Below are positions 41,116 through 55,607 of a stretch of DNA of 64,000 nt, piece by piece. The stretch lies in assembly GCA_050575255.1 (NCBI GenBank), contig JBNZDD010013732.1, forward strand, positions 19,313,608-19,377,607, given 5' to 3'. The notes beneath the pieces are model-generated. The model was not told the DNA's origin, ran no database searches, and was given only the letters and a program-made list of their open reading frames with translations. Position 1 is the first letter of the stretch. Each line of letters starts with the position of its first letter. This stretch comes from Harriotta raleighana (Eukaryota). The translations under genes were made by a program, and so were the position numbers.

Positions 41116-41377
41116 TATCAAGTTTTTCCTTTGTCACCTTTTTTTTTTAGCCTTGGCCGTTCACCATGATTTCTCCTCTGAAAAAAAACCTGTATTGCTT
41201 CAAGTGACTCTTTGGATAGCTGAATCCTCTCATTTTCATTGGGGAAAAAAAGTCAAATGTCCAAATAGTCTTTATTGTAAACAAAACTGATTTACTGCTC
41301 CTGGTTGTAAGTACTGTCTATAAGCTTGGCCATTGTGGGCAACCAAATGAAGACAAGTCAGTGTCAGCACTCCCTAC

Positions 41378-41426
41378 CTTTCACTTCTTCATCTTCAGTT
41401 GTTGTATTGCAGCTATCAGTTGATTC
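41378..41426 (-). CDS. CAMK2G: CaMKII linker exon ESTDSCNTTTEDEEVK, 49 nt
   Basis: tttctcctccttag|GAATCAACT...GTGAAAG|gtaggg. SCNTTTEDE is gamma-like. Phase 0 to 1. Confidence 0.95.
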
Positions 41427-44400
41427 CTAAGGAGGAGAAACAATGCATTAACCACAGCACATCATAATTTTATTCAGTTCAACAAAGGGTATAGCATTTC
41501 GTACAGAACTCGAGAGAAATTTTGCTTCTTTTCTAATCTCACACAGTTGAAAAATTCTAATTTCCACATTAGCAATAATATTTTAATAAGACTTTCAAAG
41601 TCTTGATGTAAAATGGAAGCAAATTAAAAGCACTTTTAGACGTGCAGGTTTTCACATCTGCAATTGCCCCATATTTGGACAAACTGTTACAGCACCCAGT
41701 GATGCAGTGTATGTTGTGAGATTTCAGCGAAGACTGACAACATTACGGAGATCTTTTCATAGCTCAGAGCATAGAATACATGAGTCTTTACCTTTCAATG
41801 AGGCAGCAGAATCGTATGATGTTTTTCAAGGCAGCAAATTAAACTGTATAATTCTTGTATTTCCTACAAATATTGTCAATTTTACTATCAATACAATATC
41901 TACCAACTCAGGGAAATTTTTTATTTAGTTTGCTACATTTGATCTTCTGTAAATTTAGCAAAACATTTTCCCCCTCAAATAACAAAATATCTGTCTGCCA
42001 ATGGAAGTAAATGGTATTAATCTGATAGATTCTGATAACGACTCAAAGCGCTTCACAGAATATACTGTAAAGTGAATGGACTGTATATTTGTGGATGAAA
42101 TTTGAGTTGTTATTTCAGCTTTTACTGTCTAAAGTGGAAAGTAGAATAGAAAGCATCACTCTGTTATTATACCTTTGGGCTTAAATACAAAGGATGATTT
42201 GAGATCCTTTGTAAATCCACTCATGTCTGGCAGTGAATCACAGATGCTGCAGACAATCAATGTTGCAAAGCAGGTTTCTATACAAAATTAATAGGACTGA
42301 ATGTAGCTCAAAGTATAATAAAGCAAATATTACAAGTTTTCAGGTTTCAATTTGTAAACTAGTGCCATTTGGGGATATCACTGCAAAATAATGCACTTGA
42401 CCATAGGACAGAAACTTACTCATCTTCACAGATGAAGAACCTTTGGGGTAATTGTTTACCGATTAGTTCGCAAGACAGGCAATATTTGTGCAATTGAACA
42501 CACTGAAGTTGAGTTTAATCAAAAGAAGAAAAAGATTGTCATTGTTTAAATAGAAGTATGAAAGAATATAAAACTATGATACGTTACTATTCTAGGGACA
42601 AAGCAAATCTTTTGATATCGTTCAAAGGACCGCATTTAATTTGTTAAATTATTAAGATTTATACCCACACATTTTGACTGGAGAATTCAGGAGCTCAGAC
42701 CCAGCCCTTGTTCAGATGAGTAAAGCTGATTACCTCAGGTTTCTGGTGATCACAACTTTAACTCCAAGGAACTAGAGCCAATGAGGAAACCTGAAGTTTG
42801 GGTACAATTAGCTTTGCACACTGTATCCGATATTGCACTTTGGACATCAGCTACTGTACATGTCTAGTATTAAATATTCCTAAACCATAGCCAGGTATAA
42901 ATATCAGATAAACTGAAGCATTTGGCAGCGATTATTTTTTTCTTTGTCTACGTTACGTGGACTATATTTAACTAAAATTAAAACTGTGGTAATGTGCACG
43001 AGAAGAGATTTCAAGTCAAATTAACAGACCAGAAGTTTTTGTAGGCAAACCACAGAGGTCAAACTCCCACTATAAGTCCTGGTGAACATTTTAAAGGGTA
43101 AGACTCTATTCCAATCACAACTTGGCCTACCTTGTACACATGCAGTAAGAAAGGAAACTGTTTCAAATGTTTAATAAAAAAACAAGTGCCATGAACAGAA
43201 CGCACACTTTCTAGACTTTTACAATATTTGTCTAAGAACCAACCACATGCAATTTTTACCATTAAATGGAGTACAAGTTACTAAATAAGCACTACTCAGT
43301 TGTATTTTCTTCATAACTATTCATAAAAAGGAATTGTTGATTTCTAAAAAAAATCTTCTATGTATACGTTTATTTGCAGTTATTCATAACTTCTGATAGA
43401 ATGCCAGGATACAATTCATCTTTTTGCAATGACATTTTCTAATCTGTTGGTAAAGGTCAAGGTTTTATCATCTTGACTAATAGGTTTGGTCCAAGCAAAT
43501 CTGTGACTTATACAATGCAACCAGAATCTTACTATTTAGTAGACAACTTCTCTTTTAATCATGAAATTATGTTGAGCGACAGCACTAGATGAAGCTATTT
43601 GGTATGAGTCGGACAAGCATCAGGATGCTAACCAGTGTTCTGCAATGGTAAGTTGTGTGACGTGGACTGTTCAGCAGTACCCCAATGAACACTCTGTGGT
43701 CCCCAAACCTTGGCCTTTGCTGACATGTACTTAGATTAGTCAAGAGATTAGTGATCTTAATCAAGCATTAGATGTGTCATAGCTGTGTCCCTCTGAGAAG
43801 AGGATGTGCACTCCACATCAGATTATCGAACACCATACATATGCGGAACTCTCAGAGGTTGGGGTTTGAGACTTAAATCTATGATGGCATTCTGGGTAAG
43901 TCAGATATCTGGCTGACTAAAAAAAACTATTTGGCAATGGTGTAAATCCATTAAACATAAAACCTGTGGGATACATAAACTCATCACAATTATAGCATTC
44001 CTTTCCATCACCCACTCCACAGTGTTGGGGGTATTTCTCAAATTCATATAAAACATTTCATGCAATTAGTCACAAGTATAATGTAGACTGTCGGTGATCT
44101 CAGATAAAACGCTAGTTTTCTCCTAAACATAATCAGATGGTAGCACAACAACAACAAAATTACACTTGTAAAGCGCCTTTCATGTCGGGAGGACATTCCA
44201 AACTGCTGATACACAAATACAATGGGAGCATGGTTTACGTTTATTTGAAGTAGATTTGCTGAAAAAAGTATTCACTTATCATATGTTTAATCTCTCTTAT
44301 GTTGCTGATGATATTTCTGGCATGAACCGCATTTAATTTATATAATGAATGCCTATTCATACCAACAAACCCAAATGTGTCATTTATGATCAGCCAGCAC

Positions 44401-46531
44401 ACAGTGCTTCAGTGAGTGAAAGGCCAGCATCAAACCATGCGGCAAAGCTCAGAAAAAGATGTGCACAGACCATGACATGAAATCTGAGATTAGACACCAT
44501 CAATTGTACCAAATGTGCATGAAAGAATTTATACAAGGGCTGCCAGATGATTGCAGTTTACAGGGAAATACTGTTGAAGATTGTAAATTAATATTTCAAA
44601 TAGTGTGAAGCATTCTAATGTTAATGAATATTTGCTATCTTCATTTTGAAAAGGTAATACAGTACCTACATGCTTTTTATTTATCTCTCCCTTAGAGTCT
44701 ATCCCAGTTGAGATTAAACAGTATGTTTAACACCTGTGTTCTCACTGTACTTTGGTTGTGCAATTGGCTATATGCTGTATTACAATTGTTGACTTTGGGC
44801 TGACACACTGCTTTGGCTGATGTACTTACAATGTGGCGTGTGAAAATTCATTGGTGTTAACCAATTTAACCTGCTCCATATGGAAAGTTACTAATGATCT
44901 GAGAATCCTCCCATCTCCATTGTCTACTTATTCTTCATTCAGATTTTGAGGCTTTAGACTTGTACACCAAATTGAAGCATTTGTTTCAATAATGCAACTG
45001 AAAGTTAGGGAGATCACTGTGCTAAAGTCATTGCAGTCATTACTTAAAATTGAACTATATTCTGGGTTACATACAGTTCAGACAGGAATGATGTACCTGT
45101 TTGATGCTGAAAATAATCTGAATTTTGAACGGGAAAGTTATTGTTATTATTAAGGAAACATTGCTTGAATTTGACAAACATTAAAACATATTGGTGCTGA
45201 TAACTGTTCACATCTGTTCACCGATGCATGGAAATTTGAGAATTGTATTTCGCATCGTAATAGGCTTTCCAAGAGTGGTAGACACTTGCCACAAGGTCAG
45301 ATTTGATAGTTTAATCACACCCTGTAAAAGCTCCCAGTTTCTCCGGTAGTTAGCTTGGTCACCATGCTTTTACAGAGCAGTTGCTTTCAAGAAAAACTCA
45401 AAGTAGAAAATATCTCTTTGTTACTTAATATTCATGAAATACTATATACATATAAAGTGTATTTTTGCCATTTGCTTCATGTGTACGGTCAATGGTTTAT
45501 AATTAATGCAATAAATGGGCATCGGTTAATAAATATTTATGGTGGGAGAAATCATAGCTGTGTTAACCTTTGCAGAAAACCTGAATGCTTTTTAAAAAAA
45601 AATTGGCACTATAAAGGCAACAGTTCCTAAAGCAGTTCTAAAACCATTGGAAGATCTTTGTTTCTCAACCTATTTCAACCCTTCTTTAAAACTCCCAAAC
45701 ATGTCACTTGTTAACACAATTGGTTAGTTCTACATCATTTACAAAGCATTGAAAAACATCAAAAGTTTCTATACGTTTACTTCAGCATGTGTTTGTATCC
45801 AATTTGCTAATTTCATCCTTTGAGAACTTCATTAGCGCTATTATTTAGAATAAAACAAGATTTTATTTTGTTTATAGAAGACAGGTAATTAACCACTCGA
45901 TTAAATATTTATTTATGCCTTTAGAAGAGTACTCTGCTTATGAGAAAGAGAGCAGTGAATTATTTATTCAGAAAGTCTAGTATCAGATTTGCTGTATAGG
46001 ATGGACAAATATCTTGAAGTACACCAAATGCACACACAGCGTTTAGCTGAGTTTCACAACACATTTTGTCAAGGTGCAAATGCCTAATGTAATTCAAAGG
46101 CATTTTATTTTGGCAAATTAGCACATTCATATAAGAAAACATCAAAACCAGCAGTGTGTTTCGTTCAAGCAGAGACTCTGTGACTAATGTGCTGAAATGC
46201 AAGCTGTTACCCTCAGTTACACACCTATGTGAATATCGCTTTACCCAATGCACACATCACTGATGCATCAGCAGGATGTTCTTTCAACATGTCTGCAAAA
46301 TAAACAACCGATGCGTCCGAAACCCAGTGAGATATGGCCAAGTATAGAGTGACCTCATTATATAGCACCTCATTGGAGAGTGAGCATTCTTATAACATGG
46401 ATGTTCTATAGATCCATGGTTACCAGATGTGACACACTTTTATGAAGATCAGTGGAAACTTGTCGGACAAGCCAACTGCGACCACTCTTGTCAGTACTTC
46501 GAACTAGGTGAAGTATTTTGCTGTCATACTA

Positions 46532-47651
46532 CAGTAAAACCTCATTTATCCGGCACCCATGGGACCTGGCCAGAGGCAGTTAAACAGTTTTTCCGGTTGA
46601 ACAGATGTATTTTTTTTTAAAAAAAATTAATATAATTTTTCCAAAGAAATTAAAAATTATTTTAACACATACCATATTAATAATTGACTAAATAAAAACA
46701 GAATATTCTATTAGTACATTATTATTTATACTTAACTTCGCAATTGCAGCACTTATTCGACAGGAGGTAAAAAACGCAACTTCTAAAAGCAACGAATTTA
46801 AACCTAACGGCCAGCACATACACAGACACACACACACACACACACACAGACACATAGACAGACACACACACACACACACACAGACAGACACAGACCCTCA
46901 AAGATATTCAGTCTGAATCCATCATATAAATTCTGTCCCCCCCCACACCCGTCACCTGTCCCTTTCCTCTCTCTCCCTTTCTCTCTCTCTGCAGCAACCA
47001 GTCTGCCATTTCTCCCTCTCTCTCTCTCGTTCCATTATGCTTTCCCCTATCTCTCTCTCTGTCACTCCATTATGCTTTCCCTTATGTCTCTCTCTCCCTT
47101 TGCCCACATCTCATTCCCCTCCACTCTCTCTTTCTCTCCATTCACCACCCATCCCCCTTTCTCTCTCTCCATTTCCNNNNNNNNNNNNNNNNNNNNNNNN
47201 NNNNNNNNNNNNNNNNNNNNNNNNNNNNNNNNNNNNNNNNNNNNNNNNNNNNNNNNNNNNNNNNNNNNNNNNNNNNNNNNNNNNNNNNNNNNNNNNNNNN
47301 NNNNNNNNNNNNNNNNNNNNNNNNNNNNNNNNNNNNNNNNNNNNNNNNNNNNNNNNNNNNNNNNNNNNNNNNNNNNNNNNNCCCCCCCCCCCCCCCCCCC
47401 CGGCCCTCAGGCCGTTACCTGCAGCAGTATTTATTATATCTACAGTACTCAACTTCCCAATGACAGGCACTCATCCATCCGAACGAGGTAAAATAAAAAC
47501 CACGACTTTTAAAAGAACCCGGAACGAGTTTAGACCCGACATTCAACGCATCGCTGGATAACTTCCAGTTAGTCGGATCGGGACTTTTTTTGAGATGGCG
47601 ATCGAACGGGTTTTCCAATTATTCGAGTCACAGATAAACAAGGTTTTACTG
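46532..47651. mobile_element. Same Tigger/pogo-like non-autonomous element, copy 2, inverted relative to copy 1 (contains an assembly gap)
   Basis: ta|cagtaaaacctcatttatccggcac ... gataaacaaggttttactg|ta. The interior aligns with the reverse complement of 40097-41115. Confidence 0.88.
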
Positions 47652-50253
47652 TAGTTTGGTGGTAAACTAATTACTGTGGTTTGATTGTGATGTGATGGGT
47701 CTGTTTTAATCAAATTAATGATTTGAATTTAGTCTGGTTTTGGTCACATGTGGGTAAGAGCATCTCTCATTGATTGTGCACAAAAGTACCATAACCAGGT
47801 GAGAGGCTGTGAATCCACAGGCAACTTTGCTGGTAGACATGGCTGGAAGGCAGAATGGCAAAGCTCGGAATAACTGGATCAAAAAATTTACCTCTTTCCA
47901 ATCAATAGCTCCATGGCTTCCAGACATTCTGTATTTGGTCACCAAGATACATTTGATTGGATTTATTTAATTGGTTTTGAATTGTTCTTCGATTTTTAAT
48001 GGAACTTTCAAACTGTATTTCAAAGTCCATTACATCGTGCAGCTTCTGAAATCGGGAATATGTGGTTGTTGAGAAAGTGGCGGCTGCAATACACATCCTT
48101 TATGGCAGATTTAACGGATGAGTCACCTAACTCATGAGAGGCACGGGAATGGAACTAAGCAGTTACTTCCCTAATAGGGAATCTTCTGGAGCTCTTTGGT
48201 GGAAAATCTAAAGAATTTCCAAATAAAAGCCTGGGCTGGACTATGAGCGACAAGTAGTTGTCAGCACAGTCACTACAGCATTGTTTTATAGTGTAGCCAG
48301 AGGCTTAAAATAATGAAGATATTAGTAATACTAAAACCCTGATATCCATACACTGCTTTCCACCTGCACCACTTGCAGCTGTGGAATGAGAGAGTTGTTA
48401 AACTGATTCATGTTTGGCCAAACTGTGAAGAGGTTCAGGGATGCTTTATTAACTTGTTAATTTAAATTTAGTTGTAATTAATTAACAACAACAATATTAC
48501 ATTTATATAGCGTCTTTCACGTCAGGAAGACAGCCCAAGGTGCTGAATTAAGGCAGTGGAGGTTACAAAAATGTGCAACACTCAGTGCATTCCCCTTTAT
48601 GATCTGAAATTGGAATACATTTAGCAGAAATTAATAGGAAAGTATTAGAATTCTATATCACACAAGTTGGTTTGAGGGCAAATTATGCATGCTTTAATTT
48701 ACTTTGCTTATTCAGGTGTTCTAGGAATGAGATGTCCACAAAAAAAATAACAATGCACGTTATTGCTTCTAACTTGGTGATTTTATGGGATCATAAATAC
48801 TTACAGTTTCAACACATTAAAGCATCATGGGCTCATCTGTAATAATGATTCAGTGCTTACTTAATTCCCACAGCTCCTTACTATTATTGGCATGAAGCAG
48901 CAAGTTTTCTGTGTTCAAATGCAACGATGCAGCACAATTTAGTCTGTATTTGTCTCTGAATCTAAATTAAATTGCCACTTCCCGGACACTCGAATGATGA
49001 GCAAACCCCTCTGGATATTGGTATATTAGACCATTGGCTTAGACATTCACATTTTTATTCATGAAAGTTTCATTTGCATAGAACAAATTCTACTTTCAAC
49101 AGCTGCGAGTATTCACTGAGTGATAAATTATACAATGAAGCTGAATTATAACAACTAGATGCGGAAGATACATGCTTGAGTCAAGCTTGTAGAAAATTAT
49201 TGTCTCTCCAGCATCTTCTCTGTTTCAGGCCATGAACTTAAACAGAAACAGGTATTCTTCATGTAAGGTCTTTCAATGGCTCAGCTATAGCAGTCCCCTA
49301 TATTTTGCTCAGTGTAATTTGGCCATGTGCACCCAGCATCCACACTTACTCAGGAATACAGAGTACAGTATATTGTTTGATCCAATGTGCTAAAATACTG
49401 TGAGAAAGTTAAGTAATTCACATGGTTAAAATATTAATGAAAAACCTCAGGGTAGTCAAGTTACATCTCCAGCTTTCCCCAAACAGATGATTTGATGTTT
49501 TAGTAACACAGCTGCCGATTGTCTTAATTGGAGAATTTTTACTAGATTTCAGTTAGATGGCTCGATACTACGCCTCTCAAGAAAACTGCAGCTTACAGAC
49601 AGCAGGGAAATAAGAACAGAAATTCTATCATTCAAGACATGCCACTTTTAAACTGCACAGATCTTTCATATTGGTCTATTTCACTGCTGTGTTCATTCAG
49701 ACTTCAAATTGATCCAACTAACAACCCATTCACGTTAACACTTGAGCAGACTTTATACTCACATGAGCAATGCAGCCTTATCGACCAGTGTCTATTTTTG
49801 TTGCCAAATACTGTAGCAGTTTGCCTGAAAGGCCCTACAAACAGTTTCTGGACAAATTGATCTGGAGAACTGGCCAGAATTTCAAGAGAATCTCTCTTCT
49901 CGCTTTGAACAGCATTATTTTCTTCCTTCATATCCTCCTGAAAAGATTTTGTCTGAAACACGGCACGGCATCTCCAAAAACCAAAGCTTTCCCACAGTCT
50001 CTCTCTCAGAGATGAGCCAGACTGTCACTCGATTGTTTCCTTACAATATTTTTAAATACAAAAAACCATTTTGCTGAGACCGGGTTGTTCTACCAACACA
50101 AGAATGTACCAATTCTATACCTGCTTAGTAAAATGTGTGCCTGACAACTTGATAAAGACTAAACATCAAAGATGAATTATTCACAGCTATTTAAAATGTA
50201 CAAACAAAGGCGTATTTTGTTACTGGTTTGACAAATGGACATGAAACGGGTAC

Positions 50254-50298
50254 CTTAATGCCATCTGACGGATTATGGACTACAGTTGTTTGTGGCTC
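50254..50298 (-). CDS. CAMK2G: CaMKII variable linker exon EPQTTVVHNPSDGIK, 45 nt
   Basis: ttgcttattcag|GAGCCACAA...ATTAAG|gtaccc. Classic EPQTTV.HN..DG.K exon, phase 0. Confidence 0.95.
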
Positions 50299-51359
50299 CT
50301 GAATAAGCAAGACAGGAAAGAAGTTAGTATTATGTGGTAAACTTTTATGCATAAATCTTTACTTTATCATTTTTTAAAAAGTACCTCGGTACAAATAGAT
50401 TTCTAAGTCAAAAAATGTCAACCTAAATCTTATGCCAAAATACTGATGCTAAAACAAAGTTGAATTCTAATGGTTCAAATCTCTCCTGCTATTAGTATAA
50501 AAGGAAACCTTTTGACCTGAAATGTTAAACATCCAATGTCTGAATAGCTAGTCTGAGGACCTCACAGCTAATATTTACATTCCAAAGTACTGATTAATAT
50601 CCCCACTGGACTCTGAGGTTCACAAGTCTGCTTTAACCTCTTATGAGCTTTATTGGCTATACTAAGTTCATTGTAGCTCCAAAGTAAAACACAGACTCTG
50701 TAGAATCTACCTATATTATCCATAATGGGCTTAGTTATTGCCAATCAACCATCCCACAGTTTGCCATATTGTGTGGGCAAAGTCGAGAGCGATTTAAGCC
50801 ACAAAAGAACATGCAACACCAAATTCCATAGATTGGTTTCCTAGTTTGCGTTACTTGTGCTGGACTAGTTGCTTGCAAATATATATAGGACAATGGCATT
50901 CTAAACTTAAATACACTTGTTGCTATACTTCCGAAGCAAAACGTATCTTTTATTGGAGCAGTTCCTGTGAACACAACTTACTTACTCTCCAAAATTGTGC
51001 ACGTTTCGAACCTGACATTTCCTTATTTAACATCAATCAATCTTCAGTTACAAATGTACACACAGTATTTGCTACGTCCAATGCTTATCCCCTTTAAATG
51101 CATCAAAAACTAATATTTCCGAACAGGTTAACTCTTCCAACAATTATCAGAAACTGAGAAAATCAGCACAAATAAACCGTAATGTATTGGGTTTAAAAGA
51201 GAACTTGGCAAACATTTAGCATAATCTAGAGGAAGGAGGAGAAGGGGAAGGAATAATTGAGGAATTGACTGACCCCCCCACCCAAAAATAAACAAAAAGA
51301 AAGGTGACTTCACTAAAACAAAGTTACAACATGAAGGAAATAAAGAATTCTGCAGGTAC

Positions 51360-51431
51360 CATTGTGGCTGGTGAAGAAATGTTTTCTTTTGGACTGCTTA
51401 CTACGTTGTTTTTGCTGTTGTTTGTCTGTGG
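51360..51431 (-). CDS. CAMK2G: CaMKII variable linker exon PQTNNSKNNVVSSPKENISSPATM, 72 nt
   Basis: ctgttttctgcacag|CCACAGACA...ACAATG|gtacct. Symmetric phase 0. Homologous to the PQ.N..KN...SPK exons of CaMKII paralogues. Confidence 0.9.
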
Positions 51432-54400
51432 CTGTGCAGAAAACAGAGGGTTTAGCTATCAGTATTTTAAAACTGAATGGAGACACTGTTAAACCACTTA
51501 AGAAATGCAAATACAGCAACTTTCAACCCCCTTCAGATCCTGATTCAGCTGAACTTGGTGTGGTTCCAAAAAAGGAAAGAAAGTGAAAACTTTTTTTGGA
51601 ATGTCAGCCACGATATTTACCAGCCATTGGTTTGTGATTTACTGTAGGCAACAAAAGGTCCAGCTTCCATTTGGCAAGGCTGTGATCTGTGGGAGAATGG
51701 TTCCTCTACATGGTCATTTCAAGGCTCCTCGGGCAGCCAGTCACTCTGAACAAATTGTTTAATTCCCTAACCTGCTCCAACTACAACGGTGTTGAGAACT
51801 GCACAACCTTCTGTTCATTTATTGCTTAGTTCACCATTGTACAAACACACGTGGATAAAAAAAATCTAAAGAAATTTTAGTTCAAGTACTTACTGCTTGG
51901 ATATGAGCATACAACCAATGCAACAAGCTATATTCTATTTCCGTCATGCATATGGCACTCATTGGTGTAAAGGTAGATAGATGATGGGAAATAAGGAAAT
52001 AGCTGACCTTTGGGGTTTTGAAGATGATACATCTTGTTGCCAGTTTTTATGACACATATTTTACATACTGAATATGAACCTCAGCAGAAAATGAATCTTC
52101 TTGATTTTTAAAAAAAATAAGAGTTGTGGTAAAAGGCTACAATTAGTGCTTTTCAGGTAACATGTAGCTCCAAAATAATAACAGCCACATTTTGTGTTGG
52201 GGGTAATTCCCATCAGATAGTTTTCAAACTGAATATCACTGTAGATAAACTTGTGCAATGTAAACATCTTTATACAACTTTTCAGGAATCAAAATTCTTC
52301 AAGCTTTAAAGAATCGTTCTTTTTTGGTATATTGGCTTCTTGTATAAACAGTAAATCCCAGCACAATATAAACTGACAGATTTGTGTGCCTATTTATGGA
52401 GATTACTACGTATATCATACAAATCAGTATCTCTCATTAATGCTGTACGTGATTCTGTTTAAAGAAAGACATTTGTGACCTAATCTAGGGTCAAATTCTC
52501 CAGTCAAATTCAGTGTGTGTGGGGGAGGGGGATTGAAGGCGGAGGAGAAGAAGAGGAGTAAGAGAAGTTTCAAGGGGAGAGATTAATCCCTTAACATATG
52601 AAGAAGGATTTCTTAAACATATTCAATCTGCAGATTGTTTCTCATCAGATTACTTACCTGTATTTCAAACTGTAACACAGGCACTGAAGAACACAGTACA
52701 GGAAGGACTGCAAAACTAGCAGAAATTCCTCTTGTCATAAAGTGTCAAGATTATGACAGTGGTAAACCTATGAAGGACTTTTCCCTTTTCACATCATCAG
52801 AGTAACCCAAGTAAAACCCAAGAGAAATTTTGTGTATTTCCTGTTGGATGTACAGATAATTGACACTCTCAATTGTCGAATTGCTAAGAGTTTCTGGAGA
52901 ATTATATACTGTGCTAAAACATTAATCATATTCAATTAACTATCTCATTCACTACAATAGAATAGTGAAAACCGCAACTTACTTTCAGCGCACAAATTTT
53001 GTACAACTGTTAGTGATATATTTTCCATTCAAAGTGAAATGATCTTCAGTGCTTCTCTGAAGTAAACCATATTACACCTAACCTGAAAGCTACATTTGGT
53101 TGTATTGAATTACAATTGCAAGACAAACACAGTGCTGTGACATGGTAACACAGAGCTTTTGACAGTGAACACAAAGGTTAATTACAGGCTAACAGTCAGA
53201 TATAAGGCAAGAGAGGTTAGTGTCAGTGAGTTCATTCCTAGGAGGATGTCAGTGATTCTCTGCATTTGCAGTCAAATGTTGTGAGTCAGACACCAAACTG
53301 CACTATAAAATGCAAGTGCAATATGTGTTAAACAGTTTCAAGTGTATGAATTTTAGGTGAAATATTTTCAGATGGGAACATGTTTTTGAAACTGTTAAGA
53401 AAATGTCTGTAATGTTAATAAAAATGACTGACGTTTTCTACCACCATCTTTAATTCTAAGCAAATTTGACTTTTGACACCTTGGATGACATGACACAGAT
53501 CCCTTCCTGTGTGGGGTGTTTCAGCTATTGACACTGCTTGTCCCCTATATCTTTGTTAATCCTTTGAGTGCTGGATGTCCTCTGGAGCTTTCAAAATGTT
53601 CAGTTTTTAGCAATTCCCAATCAATCACAAAATTAACAAAATCAAAATGCACCAAATTCATAAAGTAAAATAAAATACTGCAATGTTTATACCAATGGTT
53701 ATACTTGACAGTGAATCAATACATTCAGTACCAGATAAATATACCCTTGGAATTTAATGTCCCAAATAACTACCAGCTTAATACTATTGCATAAAATAGT
53801 CTCTACCCATCCTTCCTCTTCACCACTTACATGGATTGGTGAATTGTTGTACAAATTAAGAAGTATTCTCTCCTCTCAGTTTTGTACCCAGTAGCAACAG
53901 TAAGCACTACAGGTCTGGTAAATGGCATGAGATTGTATAGGGTTCAGTTACCTAAGATCTGCCCAAACAATGTGTCTTTATACTGAATATCAGAAGAAAA
54001 TCGTGACTCCACCAGGGTGAGAATTCTATTAATCCAACTAAGCAGATGGACATTGCTATGGTATGTATCAAGACTACTAAGAAATGACTCAGTCAGAATC
54101 AGATAGCTCTGACCCAATCAATCTAGACTGAATGAATGCAATTCCACCTCCCAAATCATCAATCCTCTTTATAAGGTATTTGTGTTGTTCAATGCACATT
54201 CACTGTATGATCCTGTTTGACTGAGGGAGAACAGCCCAGGGTAGATGCATAATCAACTTTGACTAGTAATATTTGTTTTCTTACTATTTGAGACTTTTTC
54301 CATTGAATTTGATTTAATATATTGAACAATTGAACATAAATTTATTGTGGTACAGAAATACTCGTATTGTTACTGTGTACAATTTATTGTAACCTGATTA

Positions 54401-54921
54401 AAATCTACTATTTCTTGACAAGCTATGTTTATCGGGATTCAAGCATACTCGTAAAAAAAACCTCCAAAACAAAGAAGAAATATACTTTGGGTTGCAGAAT
54501 AATATTTCCGTTTGTGTTAATTCACTGACAAGTGCTAATTGCCATTGGAATCAATCTTGTCAAACGAGTACAAACATTATCGTTTGATGCAGAAATGCTC
54601 CTGCAGTCTTCAAAGGATTACACCTGCTTGCTTGATGATAGATTCTTAGTAAGGCAGTTTTTATTCTTTAACGTGAAAAACGATGATGATAGAAAAGTCA
54701 GTACAATTTCAAAACTAGTGCGTTTATGCTCCTATAAATGGATAACATGAGCTAAGAGAACACAGGACAAGGTGAGAAAGGAAAAGTATCACAAACAAAA
54801 AGGCACAAGCAACTCTTAATTTGCCCCAGTGACACCACTGGATGGGATGATCGGGATGGTATGTGCTCTGTGATCCCGTCGGAGATGAGGTGAAAATTTT
54901 TAAGTTGCAAAAGATCCTCAC

Positions 54922-54954
54922 CATTAAATGAACACTGGAACTGGACTTCCTTTT
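54922..54954 (-). CDS. CAMK2G: CaMKII nuclear localisation exon KRKSSSSVHLM, 33 nt
   Basis: gaactgttcag|AAAAGGAAGTCCAGTTCCAGTGTTCATTTAATG|gtgagg. Matches the gamma-type NLS exon as I recall it (alpha has VQLM, delta VQMM). Confidence 0.95.
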
Positions 54955-55607
54955 CTGAACAGTTCAATAAAAGAGAAGGAAGAGAACAAGAAATTTCCAC
55001 TGGTTAGATATGAAAAGCACACAGATTGTTGTGGAGGGACAGATGGATTACAACTACATTTTAGGACCAACATATACAGAAAGGTTAAGCTTCTAATCTA
55101 CCTGGCTCAGTAAAATGACATGTTTCTTAGCTACCTACGTTTATAAATTTACACAACTAGAAAATATCAAACTCATTTCACAGATCCCATGGTGAAATGT
55201 TTGTTTGATACAATCTTATCCAAAGGTATCTCTTTTTTTCTCATATGTCCTGTCTTTTTGCCCATTGATGGTCAATCATCAAATGTATTCTGCACAGCAG
55301 GTTGTGAGGACTGACTTTTCCACGATCCATTAGTTTATTATGGAAATAATTATGTTTTAAAGCCCCATTAACTGGAATAAGAAGTTAATCAATTCTATCT
55401 TCTTAAAGATTCTCCTCTTCACCACCAGCCTGTCTGAAATTAGTTCAGTACTGAGAACTCAAGGCTACCCTTCACGAATCAATATTGATGAGATAAGTTC
55501 CTTTTTTGTTTGCATTATGCTTATATGTCAAGTGCAGCCCCCTGCTGCGGAAAGAGATGGATGACCAGCCCTAGAGAGGGCCTACTACATACTTCTTTGG
55601 ATAAGTT

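Noticed and set aside
49704-50024. Sense-strand ORF (~105 codons) just downstream of the EPQTT exon
   Set aside because: No pyrimidine tract at the only in-frame acceptor and no recognisable homology. The length is compatible with chance.
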